DNA from: Clostridia bacterium
GTDB taxonomy: Bacteria > Bacillota > Clostridia > Christensenellales > Aristaeellaceae
Length of the DNA: 16,418 nucleotides
Direction of reading: 5' to 3'
Assembly: GCA_045599485.1 (NCBI GenBank)
Contig: JAZRWA010000002.1
Coordinates: 1-16,418, forward strand
Shown: piece after piece, positions 1 to 6,339 of the stretch
Layout of the letters: each line of letters begins with the position of its first letter
Position numbering within the stretch: position 1 is the first letter of the stretch
Translations under genes and position numbers: made by a program
The notes under the pieces: model-generated
Seen by the model: only the letters and a program-made list of their open reading frames with translations
Told to the model about the DNA's origin: nothing
Databases searched by the model: none

Positions 1-99
1 GAATACATTGATTACTACAACAACGAGAGGATCCAACAGAAAACAAAATGGATGCCTCCTGCTAAGTACAGAGAAGCATCCATGAAGATTAGCTATTGA
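1..99 (+). CDS. IS3-family transposase OrfB (rve/DDE integrase), C-terminal fragment, 5' truncated by the window
   Basis: Frame +1 translates to EYIDYYNNERIQQKTKWMPPAKYREASMKISY*. The Y-x-YYN-x-R...P..YR tail is the conserved extreme C-terminus of IS3/IS150-group transposases. Confidence 0.8.
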   Translation, partial: EYIDYYNNERIQQKTKWMPPAKYREASMKISY

Positions 100-137
100 G
101 TTTGCTTAATGAACGGTGTCCAGAATTATGGGTACAC
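1..137 (+). mobile_element. Right end of an IS3-family insertion sequence; the rest lies off the left edge of the window
   Basis: The transposase C-terminus runs to a stop at 97-99. Bases 116-137 (GGTGTCCAGAATTATGGGTACA) read on the other strand as TGTACCCATAATTCTGGACACC. That is a TG-initiated terminus with an internal TGGACAC, which resembles IS3-type terminal inverted repeats as I recall them. The boundary at 137 is an estimate. Confidence 0.65.
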
Positions 138-166
138 ATCATTCGGAGGTTCCTTTTTTGATGGCT

Positions 167-520
167 TCAGATGGTGCAGTGGACAGTGTCCGCCAGCATC
201 ACGGTGTCGTATTCATCGTGGATAAAATTGCTCACGCGGCGTCCTGCGGGTTTGACGGGCATCTCCCGGGTGATTGGATCACAGGGCGGCAGGGCGGTAC
301 GAAGCTTTTTGTCGGCGATCGTCAGATAAGTACCAAAGGCGGCGGGATATTCAAACATACGCTCAACGCCGTCGATATCGGCCAAAATACAGCCACCGCG
401 CACGCCGGTGATGCGGCCGCGGCCGAACAGGACATGGATGACGCGCTTGCCGATCAGCTTTTCGGGGTCCGGCACTCGGAGCTTGCGCGGCATATTACAG
501 GTTACTGCTAAAGTGCTCAT
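167..520 (-). CDS. Hypothetical small protein (117 aa), no confident family assignment
   Basis: This is the minus-strand ORF 167..550. I prefer the internal ATG at 520 (MSTLAVTCN...) because GGAAAGAAGG lies 7 nt upstream. Third-codon-position GC is high on this strand. A possible extended -10 (TGCTATAAA, minus strand, 575-583) lies upstream. The segment GKRVIHVLFGRGRITGV...DGVERMFEYPAAF loosely recalls the small beta-barrel (Tudor/DUF3553-like) tails of UvrD-type helicases, but this was not verified. Confidence 0.55.
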   Translation of the reverse strand: MSTLAVTCNMPRKLRVPDPEKLIGKRVIHVLFGRGRITGVRGGCILADIDGVERMFEYPAAFGTYLTIADKKLRTALPPCDPITREMPVKPAGRRVSNFIHDEYDTVMLADTVHCTI

Positions 521-671
521 AGGGCGGCCTTCTTTCCGATAGAATCGCATCTTCCTTCCGGAGGGTACGCCCTATTTATAGCATTTGTATATGAATTGAA
601 GATGAACGCCCGTGTAAACTTTGTGAACGAACTGTAAAGCTTGTATCAAGTTTTGTTTATATACGACTTTT

Positions 672-1838
672 TTACAGCTTTGCGGCTTCCGCCTGCAGTT
701 TTTCGACGTAATCGGTACGCTCCCAGGTGAAGCTTTCTTCTTCACGGCCGAAGTGACCATAGGCGGCCGTCGCGCGGTAGATGGGACGGCGCAGGTCCAG
801 GCGTTCGATGATGGCGGCGGGACGCATATCAAACACGCGGCTCACAAGATCGGACAGCACATCATCGGCATATTTGCCGGTGCCGTAGGTGTCCACCGTC
901 AGGCTGACGGGCTCGGCAACACCGATGGCGTAAGCGACTTCGATCTGGCAGCGCTCACACAGACCGGCAGCCACCAGATTCTTGGAGGCATGGCGGGCGG
1001 CGTAGGCGGCACTGCGGTCCACCTTGCTGGGATCCTTACCGGAGAAGCAGCCGCCACCGTGGGCGCAGTAGCCGCCGTAGGTGTCCACAATGATCTTGCG
1101 GCCGGTCAGACCGGTATCGCCGGCGGGACCACCGATGACAAAACGGCCGGTGGGGTTGACGTAGTACTTGGTGTTCTCATGCAGCAGCTCGGCGGGAATG
1201 ACCTTTTTGATGACCTCTTCGATCATGGCCTTTTCGATCTCTTCATGGCTGACCGATTCGGCATGCTGCGTGGAAATGACCACCGCATCCACGGCAACGG
1301 GCTTGCCGTCTTCATACGCCACGGTGACCTGGGATTTGCCATCGGGACGCATCCAGGGGCAGGTGCCGTTTTTGCGTACTTCCGTCATGCGGCGGGTGAG
1401 ACGATGCGCCAACGCGATGGGCATGGGCATCAGCTCGGGAGTTTCGGTACAGGCATAGCCGAACATCATGCCCTGGTCGCCGGCGCCCTGCTCATGGCTG
1501 TCGGTGGCGGTGACGCCCATGGAGATATCGGGGCTCTGCTCATGCACAGAGACCATTACACCGCAGGAGTGGCCGTCGAAGCACATATCGCCGTGGGTGT
1601 AGCCGATATCAAGGATCACCTTGCGGGCTATGGATTCGATGTTGATGTTGGCGGCGGTGGTGATTTCGCCCATCACGGTGACAACACCGGTGGTGGCAAA
1701 TGTTTCGCAGGCAACGCGCGCCATGGGGTCGCGGGCGAGAATTTCATCCAGTACGGCATCGGAAATCTGATCGCAGATTTTATCAGGATGACCTTCGGTC
1801 ACGCTTTCGGAGGTAAACAGCTTTCTTACTTTGCTCAT
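672..1838 (-). CDS. metK: S-adenosylmethionine synthetase (methionine adenosyltransferase)
   Basis: 388 aa starting [31 protein letters not shown]. It carries the [12 protein letters not shown] and [19 protein letters not shown] signatures. The RBS GGAAAGGAAAAG sits just upstream of the ATG at 1838. The 68 upstream codons of the tracked ORF overlap the riboswitch and are not coding. Confidence 0.98.
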   Translation of the reverse strand: MSKVRKLFTSESVTEGHPDKICDQISDAVLDEILARDPMARVACETFATTGVVTVMGEITTAANINIESIARKVILDIGYTHGDMCFDGHSCGVMVSVHEQSPDISMGVTATDSHEQGAGDQGMMFGYACTETPELMPMPIALAHRLTRRMTEVRKNGTCPWMRPDGKSQVTVAYEDGKPVAVDAVVISTQHAESVSHEEIEKAMIEEVIKKVIPAELLHENTKYYVNPTGRFVIGGPAGDTGLTGRKIIVDTYGGYCAHGGGCFSGKDPSKVDRSAAYAARHASKNLVAAGLCERCQIEVAYAIGVAEPVSLTVDTYGTGKYADDVLSDLVSRVFDMRPAAIIERLDLRRPIYRATAAYGHFGREEESFTWERTDYVEKLQAEAAKL

Positions 1839-1867
1839 GTTCTTCTTTTCCTTTCCATACAATACGC

Positions 1868-2025
1868 GGACATAAAAAATCCGCTCGCAGCAGACGGGCG
1901 GAATCATTGCTTCATGTCTCGCCTTATCTGTCGGTGTTGCCACCGCCGGAATTAGCACCGCACGTTTTACCGTCGGTTGCCGGGCATCATCGGGCCGTTC
2001 CCTCCGCCACTCTTGATAAGGGATG
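1868..2025 (-). promoter_or_regulatory. SAM-I (S-box) riboswitch with expression platform, upstream of metK
   Basis: The minus strand reads CTTATCAAGAGTGGCGGAGGGAACGGCCCGATGATGCCCGGCAACC...GTGCGGTGCTAATTCCGGC...ACAGATAAGG, which matches the S-box core almost base for base (aptamer about 1922-2022). It is followed by a short GC hairpin (CCGCCC...GAGCGG) and ATTTTTTAT (1872-1880), then the metK RBS. Confidence 0.93.
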
Positions 2026-2042
2026 TTCAGTTGTCGGTGCAT

Positions 2043-2071
2043 ATTATAGTAAAAACATCAGGGACTGTCAA
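2043..2071 (-). promoter_or_regulatory. Sigma-70/SigA-type promoter for the S-box-metK transcript
   Basis: On the minus strand, TTGACA (2071-2066) is followed by a 17-nt spacer and TATAAT (2048-2043), a perfect consensus. The predicted start lies about 15 nt before riboswitch helix P1. Confidence 0.8.
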
Positions 2072-2112
2072 GAGAAAAATATGCCGAATTTGGCAAATAC
2101 GGTAAAAAACAT

Positions 2113-2141
2113 TTGCCGAAAAAGTAAAAAAGCGTTAAGAT
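2113..2141 (+). promoter_or_regulatory. Possible promoter for the DUF1294 gene
   Basis: TTGCCG (2113-2118), a 17-nt spacer, then TAAGAT (2136-2141). Position is appropriate but the match is only partial. Confidence 0.35.
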
Positions 2142-2159
2142 GGGGAAGAGGTGAGAAGA

Positions 2160-2426
2160 ATGAAAATGATTCTGACGGTGATCATGGCAGCGATGAGCCT
2201 GATGGCGTTCGCACTGATGGGCATCGATAAGCACAGGGCAAAAGCGGGAAAATGGCGCATTCGGGAGCGGACGCTGTTCATCGCGGCCCTCTGTCTTGGG
2301 GCCCTTGGCGGCACGGCGGGCATGCGGGTGTTTCATCATAAAACGAAGCACTGGTATTTCAAAGTGTTTTTTCCACTGCTGGCAGTGCTGCAATTTGTTC
2401 TGCTGGTTTGGATCTGGATCAAATAA
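2160..2426 (+). CDS. DUF1294 family small membrane protein
   Basis: MKMILTVIMAAMSLMAFALMGIDKHRAKAGKWRIRERTLFIAALCLGALGGTAGMRVFHHKTKHWYF matches the DUF1294 pattern (IDK..A....WRI.E..L...A..GG..G......HKT.K..F). I prefer the ATG at 2160 over the GTG at 2151 because GGGGAAGAGGTGAG lies directly upstream. Confidence 0.85.
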   Translation: MKMILTVIMAAMSLMAFALMGIDKHRAKAGKWRIRERTLFIAALCLGALGGTAGMRVFHHKTKHWYFKVFFPLLAVLQFVLLVWIWIK

Positions 2427-2430
2427 AAAA

Positions 2431-2462
2431 GGCGGGAGGAAGCGTTTTCCTCCCGTCTTTTT
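2431..2462. terminator. Bidirectional rho-independent terminator shared by convergent genes
   Basis: Stem CGGGAGGAA (2433-2441) pairs with TTCCTCCCG (2447-2455) across a 5-nt loop. An A-run (2424-2430) precedes it and a T-run (2457-2462) follows. It lies between the DUF1294 stop (2426) and the Gx-transporter stop (2477). Confidence 0.85.
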
Positions 2463-2476
2463 GGCAGGCATGGATA

Positions 2477-2995
2477 TCAGTTGAAGCGGATCTTTGAGGA
2501 TTTGAGGTGGCGGATGGCAATGTTGGCCGCCAGACCGATGAGCAGACCGGTGACCAGACCGACCACCAGCAGGATGGCCAGATAATAGATCAGTTTTGGG
2601 GTCTGAAGCACCAGCATGGCCATCAGCACCTGACCGGCGTTGTGCATGGCACCGCCCGCCATGCTGACGGTGACCATGTGCAGCCCTTTGACATGGCTGA
2701 GCAGGGACATGGCGATCATGCTGAGCAGACCGCCGGCGGCGGCATACATCATGGCGCTCACGCCGCTGAACATCAGGCCGGACAGCACGATTTTGAGGGC
2801 CATCAGGGCGAACGCGGTGGGAATATCCAGCAAATAGATGGCAAAGATCAATACGCCGTTGGAGAGCCCCAGTTTGATGCCCGGAATGCCGGGGACGGCG
2901 GGCAGCATGCTTTCCACATAACCGAGCACCAGCATCAGCGCGGTGAGCAGGCCGCAGAGAGCAATGCGCTGAACCGAATGTTTATGTTTGGCCAT
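2477..2995 (-). CDS. Gx transporter family membrane protein (Hpre_diP_synt_I / PF07456-like)
   Basis: 172 aa with about 5 TM segments. The N-terminal RIALCGLLTALMLVLGYVESMLP...IPGIKLGLSN is typical of this family, and it has the usual partnership with an upstream NusG-domain-II gene. RBS AAAGGAG. Confidence 0.75.
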   Translation of the reverse strand: MAKHKHSVQRIALCGLLTALMLVLGYVESMLPAVPGIPGIKLGLSNGVLIFAIYLLDIPTAFALMALKIVLSGLMFSGVSAMMYAAAGGLLSMIAMSLLSHVKGLHMVTVSMAGGAMHNAGQVLMAMLVLQTPKLIYYLAILLVVGLVTGLLIGLAANIAIRHLKSSKIRFN

Positions 2996-3013
2996 AAGGG
3001 CTCCTTTCGGAAA

Positions 3014-3559
3014 TTATTGGGCGTTCATCATTGCCAAGATCTCATCGGGGGTGTAGAGTTCAGCAACCACCTGATTCGGCAGACAGATGATCATGTTATA
3101 CAGGATGCGGGTATCTTTGTTTTCAAGCGTGACCTCGCCCTGATGGACACAGTCTTGTGAGTCACAGCTGGCGGATTCCATGTACATGCCGTTGGGAGTG
3201 ATATGCAGGTAATTTTCCAGCTGCTTTCCGGAGCCATCCGCGGCGGACTGGACGATGGGGAAGGTGTAAGCTGTCTCAGAAGGCAGCGGCAGCCAGTACT
3301 TGTCTTTGCTTTGAACCGTCAGCAGGATATAGCCGGCAGCGGGCTCAGCGGTGGCTTGCGGTTCCGCGGTGAAAGCATCCTCGGGAGAGACGGAAGGTAC
3401 AGCGGTTGCGACAGGCGCGGGGGTGGGGGTGAAGAGCTCTGGCAGCGGCGGTACAGCGGTGGAAATGCCGCGAACACCGATGAAGAGCAGAAGGGCTGCA
3501 ACGGCAAGGATGCCGCCGATGACCCAGATGTTTTTGTTGCTGAAAGGTTTGCGGGACAT
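3014..3559 (-). CDS. NusG domain II-containing (DUF1312/PF07009-like) membrane-anchored protein
   Basis: The start at 3559 (MSRKPFSNKNIWVIGGILAVAALLLF, one TM anchor) is preceded by GGAGGAATT. The C-terminal CDSQDCVHQGEV....ICLPNQVV matches the C..q.C...G......ivClPn..v motif of NusG_II proteins. Confidence 0.75.
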   Translation of the reverse strand: MSRKPFSNKNIWVIGGILAVAALLLFIGVRGISTAVPPLPELFTPTPAPVATAVPSVSPEDAFTAEPQATAEPAAGYILLTVQSKDKYWLPLPSETAYTFPIVQSAADGSGKQLENYLHITPNGMYMESASCDSQDCVHQGEVTLENKDTRILYNMIICLPNQVVAELYTPDEILAMMNAQ

Positions 3560-3612
3560 AATTCCTCCATAGACAAAAGGGATAAAACGGCAGAGGCGTT
3601 TCCTCTGAAATA

Positions 3613-3641
3613 ACAATAAATGATTTGTTTGAATTTGTCAA
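3613..3641 (-). promoter_or_regulatory. Probable promoter of the NusG_II/Gx operon
   Basis: On the minus strand, TTGACA (3641-3636) is followed by a 17-nt spacer and TATTGT (3618-3613). A short hairpin (CAGAGG-AAACG-CCTCTG) follows in the 5' UTR. Confidence 0.5.
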
Positions 3642-3658
3642 TCCATTTATATCGATAC

Positions 3659-3690
3659 CAAAAATCCGCAGCCCGAGGGACTGCGGATTG
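3659..3690 (-). terminator. Rho-independent terminator after the aldo/keto reductase gene
   Basis: The minus strand reads AATCCGCAG-TCCCTCGGG-CTGCGGATT followed by TTTTGG. The stem arms are 3681-3689 and 3663-3671. Confidence 0.85.
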
Positions 3691-3705
3691 TGTGTTGGTG
3701 GAAGA

Positions 3706-4812
3706 TTATTGGAGCAGACCTGCCAGCTCCGCCATGACGGAGGGCGTATCGATGTTCTGCGGGCAATGACCAGTGCAGGCACCGCAGCCGACGCAATCAG
3801 CAGGTTTACCGACGGATTCGATCTTTTCGGCAGCCCTTAGCGCACCGCGGCCATCCACCTTGTAGGCGTTATAGAGGTTAAGGTATTCGGGAATGTTGAT
3901 CTCCGCCGGGCAGCCGTCGCAGCAGTAGCGGCAGGAGGTGCAGGGAACCTGTACCTGATGACGGAACATTTCGCAGGACTTGAAAAGGAGTGCGGTCTCC
4001 TCATCCGTCAGGGGATTACCGTCAAAGGTGTTGAGGTTATCCTGAAGCTGGTCCATGCTGCTCATGCCGCTCAAAATGACATGTACGGCAGGCAATGTGC
4101 GCACAAAGCGCAGGGACCAGGAAGCGATGCTCCAATCGGGATGGGCGGCCTTCAGCGGGGCTTCGGCTTCGGGGGTCAGCGCCGCGAGACGTCCGCCACG
4201 AACCGGCTCCATGACCATGATGGGGATGCTGCGCTTGGCAAGAATATCGTATTCCTGCTTGGAGGTGCCGTAGAGCCAGTCATAATAATTGATCTGCAGC
4301 TGAGCAAAATCCCAGGCGTGATGATCGGCAAAGCGGGTCAAGGTTTCAAGAGAAGCGTGGCTGGAGAAGCCGAGGTAACGGATACGCCCCAGACGCTTCT
4401 GCTCCAGGAAATACTCGATGGCACCGCTGCAAAGGTAGGAATCGATGTTGTTGTCGAGCAAGCAATGGATCAGATAAAAATCGATGCGATCGGTCTGAAG
4501 ACGCTGCAGCTGCTCTTCGAACACAGCTTTGTAATCGGGGTTGGCACCGATGAAATACTTGGAAGCCAGATAGAAGCTGTCACGGGGATGCTTGGTCATG
4601 CAGGCGCCCAGGCATTTTTCGGATTCGCCGCCGCTGTAGGTATAGGCGGTGTCAAAATAGTTGATGCCGTTTTCATAAGCGCTGTCGATGATCTGATGGG
4701 CGGCCGGATAATCGATGGCGGCTTTGGGGTCGGCGGGGTTGACGGTGGGAAGACGCATGTTGCCCATGCCGAGCGTGGACAGGCGAATGCCTTGATAATC
4801 CTTGAACTGCAT
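3706..4812 (-). CDS. Aldo/keto reductase with C-terminal 2x[4Fe-4S] ferredoxin-type module (COG1453-like)
   Basis: The start at 4812 (MQFKDYQGIRLSTLGMGNMRLP) is preceded by GAAGGGAGA. AKR core motifs are present (GINYFDTAYTYSGGESE, RIDFYLIHC). The C-terminus carries two Cys clusters, CTSCRYCCDGCP and CVGCGACTGHCP. Confidence 0.88.
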   Translation of the reverse strand: MQFKDYQGIRLSTLGMGNMRLPTVNPADPKAAIDYPAAHQIIDSAYENGINYFDTAYTYSGGESEKCLGACMTKHPRDSFYLASKYFIGANPDYKAVFEEQLQRLQTDRIDFYLIHCLLDNNIDSYLCSGAIEYFLEQKRLGRIRYLGFSSHASLETLTRFADHHAWDFAQLQINYYDWLYGTSKQEYDILAKRSIPIMVMEPVRGGRLAALTPEAEAPLKAAHPDWSIASWSLRFVRTLPAVHVILSGMSSMDQLQDNLNTFDGNPLTDEETALLFKSCEMFRHQVQVPCTSCRYCCDGCPAEINIPEYLNLYNAYKVDGRGALRAAEKIESVGKPADCVGCGACTGHCPQNIDTPSVMAELAGLLQ

Positions 4813-4851
4813 TGGAGATCTCCCTTCGGGATAATTTACACTTTCGTATTT

Positions 4852-4880
4852 TTTATACAATAAAATGCGCCGAAGGTCAA
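4852..4880 (-). promoter_or_regulatory. Probable promoter of the aldo/keto reductase gene
   Basis: On the minus strand, TTGACC (4880-4875) is followed by a 17-nt spacer and TATAAA (4857-4852). Confidence 0.55.
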
Positions 4881-4912
4881 GAAAAACTTCGGAGCTGACA
4901 CGAAAACGGTGA

Positions 4913-4948
4913 TAAAAAAAGAACAGGTCAGTTCAGGACTGCCTGCTC
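4913..4948 (-). terminator. Rho-independent terminator of the infC-rpmI-rplT operon
   Basis: The minus strand reads AGCAGGCAG-TCCTGAA-CTGACCTGTT (9 bp with one bulge) followed by CTTTTTTT. It starts 16 nt after the rplT stop. Confidence 0.8.
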
Positions 4949-4963
4949 TTTCTTTTATAAGGC

Positions 4964-5314
4964 TCAGGCCTGCTTGGCGGTTTCGGCCAGCTTGGCGAAA
5001 GCTTCGGGATCGCTCACAGCGAGATCAGCCAGCATCTTGCGGTTGATGTCGATGTTGGCCTTCTTCAGGCCGGCGATCATGGTGGAGTAGTTCATGCCGT
5101 ACAGGTGAGCGGCGGCATTGATGCGGGTGGTCCACAGGCTGCGGAACTCACGCTTACGCAGCTTGCGGCCGGTGTAAGCGTAGCGCAGGGAGCGGCGGAC
5201 CTGCTCACTGGCGGTGCGGTACTGCTTGGACTTCGCGCCAAAATAGCCCTTCGCCAGCTTGAGCGCCTTACGGCGCTTCTTATGGGCGGTTACAGCCCTT
5301 TTAATACGTGCCAT
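4964..5314 (-). CDS. rplT: 50S ribosomal protein L20
   Basis: [39 protein letters not shown]... is a canonical L20 sequence. RBS AAGGAGG. Confidence 0.98.
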   Translation of the reverse strand: MARIKRAVTAHKKRRKALKLAKGYFGAKSKQYRTASEQVRRSLRYAYTGRKLRKREFRSLWTTRINAAAHLYGMNYSTMIAGLKKANIDINRKMLADLAVSDPEAFAKLAETAKQA

Positions 5315-5341
5315 GGTTAATCCTCCTTGCCGGAAATGGGC

Positions 5342-5542
5342 TTATTTGTACGGAATCAGCGTGCGGATGGTAGCGGCTTCGGCATTGTTCTGCAGAACGC
5401 CGCCCTTACGCATATGACGGATACGCTTGGTGGTCTTCTTGTTCAGAATGTGGTTGCAGTTCATGCTCTTGTGCTTGACTTTGCCGGTCTTGGTCAGGGA
5501 GAAGCGCTTTGCTGCACCGCGATGGGTCTTTTGCTTAGGCAT
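5342..5542 (-). CDS. rpmI: 50S ribosomal protein L35
   Basis: MPKQKTHRGAAKRFSLTKTGKVKHK... is a canonical L35 sequence. RBS GGAAGGAGG. Confidence 0.97.
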   Translation of the reverse strand: MPKQKTHRGAAKRFSLTKTGKVKHKSMNCNHILNKKTTKRIRHMRKGGVLQNNAEAATIRTLIPYK

Positions 5543-5567
5543 GAGGTTTCCTCCTTCCGGGAATTAT

Positions 5568-6128
5568 TCAGGCCTTGGGCTCCGCTGCGGGGCGGGCCTT
5601 TTCGGCCTTTGCGGGTTTATCCGCCTTGGGGGCCAGAATCATAATCATGTGGCGGCCGTCAAGAGCAGGCCGTTTTTCAACGACGGAGACGTCCTTGGTG
5701 CGATCAATAAAATCCTGCATGACCTGCAGACCGATCTCGGAATGCGTGATCTGTCTGCCGCGGAAGCGGATGCTGACCTTGACCTTGTCACCGCCGGTGA
5801 GGAATTTGATGGCATTCTTGGCTTTGGTCTGCACATCGTTTTCTTCAATGGTGGCGGAAAGCTGCACTTCCTTGATGGAAATGACCTTCTGGTTTTTGCG
5901 CATATCGCGCTCACGCTTGGACTGCTCATAACGGTATTTGTCGTAGTCCATCAGCTTGCACACGGGGGGAATGGCGGTCGGGGAGATCTTTACCAGATCC
6001 AAACCGGCTTCTTCTGCCAGCTCCATTGCGCGCGCGGTGGGAAAGACACCCATCTGAGCGCCGTCAGCGCCAATCAGACGTACCTCGCGGTCACGGATTT
6101 CATCATTGATCATTAATTCGGCGGCTAT
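5568..6128 (-). CDS. infC: Translation initiation factor IF-3, probably starting at a non-canonical ATA codon
   Basis: INDEIRDREVRLIGADGAQMGV...VKISP...PPVCKLMDYDKYRYE is a canonical IF-3 sequence. The first ATG (6113) has no SD at usable distance. GGAGGTG (6143-6137) lies 8-10 nt upstream of an in-frame ATA (6128-6126), giving the N-terminus (M)AAELMINDEIR. The 3' end and protein identity are certain; the start codon is inferred. Confidence 0.9.
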   Translation of the reverse strand: MAAELMINDEIRDREVRLIGADGAQMGVFPTARAMELAEEAGLDLVKISPTAIPPVCKLMDYDKYRYEQSKRERDMRKNQKVISIKEVQLSATIEENDVQTKAKNAIKFLTGGDKVKVSIRFRGRQITHSEIGLQVMQDFIDRTKDVSVVEKRPALDGRHMIMILAPKADKPAKAEKARPAAEPKA

Positions 6129-6149
6129 GGTCGATGCACCTCCATCATG

Positions 6150-6285
6150 TTATGCTTTCTTTTTTGTAAAAAAGAAAAGCCGGCGGATGAAACCACCCGC
6201 CGACATACATAACTGCAAATCGGATGCCTGCACCGGGCGAAACAGTATTCGCGGGGTGAGGAGCGGGCGGCTCCTGCTTAACGCA
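6150..6285 (-). promoter_or_regulatory. Structured infC leader with intrinsic terminator (L20-leader-type attenuator candidate)
   Basis: About 130 nt lie between the promoter and the infC RBS. Hairpins are AGGAGC-CGCCC-GCTCCT and CACC-CC-GCGAA-TACTGT-TTCGC-CC-GGTG. A strong terminator follows: GTCGGCGGGT-GGTTTC-ATCCGCCGGC plus TTTTCTTTTTT (6168-6204). In Firmicutes this position is occupied by the L20-binding leader; class membership was not verified against a covariance model. Confidence 0.6.
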
Positions 6286-6290
6286 CAGCT

Positions 6291-6319
6291 ATTATAGCAT
6301 GAAGCCGCCGCGGTGTCAA
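6291..6319 (-). promoter_or_regulatory. Promoter of the infC-rpmI-rplT operon
   Basis: On the minus strand, TTGACA (6319-6314) is followed by a 17-nt spacer and TATAAT (6296-6291), a perfect consensus. Confidence 0.8.
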
Positions 6320-6339
6320 CTGTTCTCAGCGCTTTTTTG

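Noticed and set aside
116-511. 131-aa plus-strand ORF overlapping the small orphan gene
   Set aside because: It would start inside the IS terminal repeat, it has no RBS, and its codon third positions are less GC-rich than those of the minus-strand frame. The minus-strand ORF has an SD. Neither has a family hit, so this choice is only moderately secure.
551-671. Searched for a metK terminator in the 120-bp AT-rich gap downstream of metK
   Set aside because: No convincing stem plus U-tract was found on the minus strand, only short CCGG-centred symmetry at 553-566. It is left unannotated rather than forcing a call.
1839-2042. N-terminal 68-codon extension of the metK ORF (start at 2042)
   Set aside because: The extension is exactly the S-box riboswitch and its terminator. 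The conserved MetK N-terminus and RBS are at 1838.
2058-2471. 137-aa minus-strand ORF opposite the DUF1294 gene; also 1907..2230(+) and 2296..2484(+)
   Set aside because: These overlap a recognisable DUF1294 protein, the metK promoter and riboswitch, or the bidirectional terminator. None has an RBS or a motif.
3560-3616. Upstream extensions of tracked ORFs (NusG_II 3560-3616; AKR 4813-4860; SBP 10350-10427)
   Set aside because: In each case an internal ATG is preceded by a strong SD at correct spacing and begins a sensible N-terminus (TM anchor, AKR N-terminus, signal peptide). The extensions also run over the mapped promoter elements.
4870-4892. Hairpin CCGAAG-(11 nt)-CTTCGG overlapping the -35 box of the AKR promoter, considered as a second terminator or operator
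   Set aside because: The stem is only 6 bp with a large loop and no U-tract. The real rplT terminator is 20 nt upstream. The evidence is insufficient.
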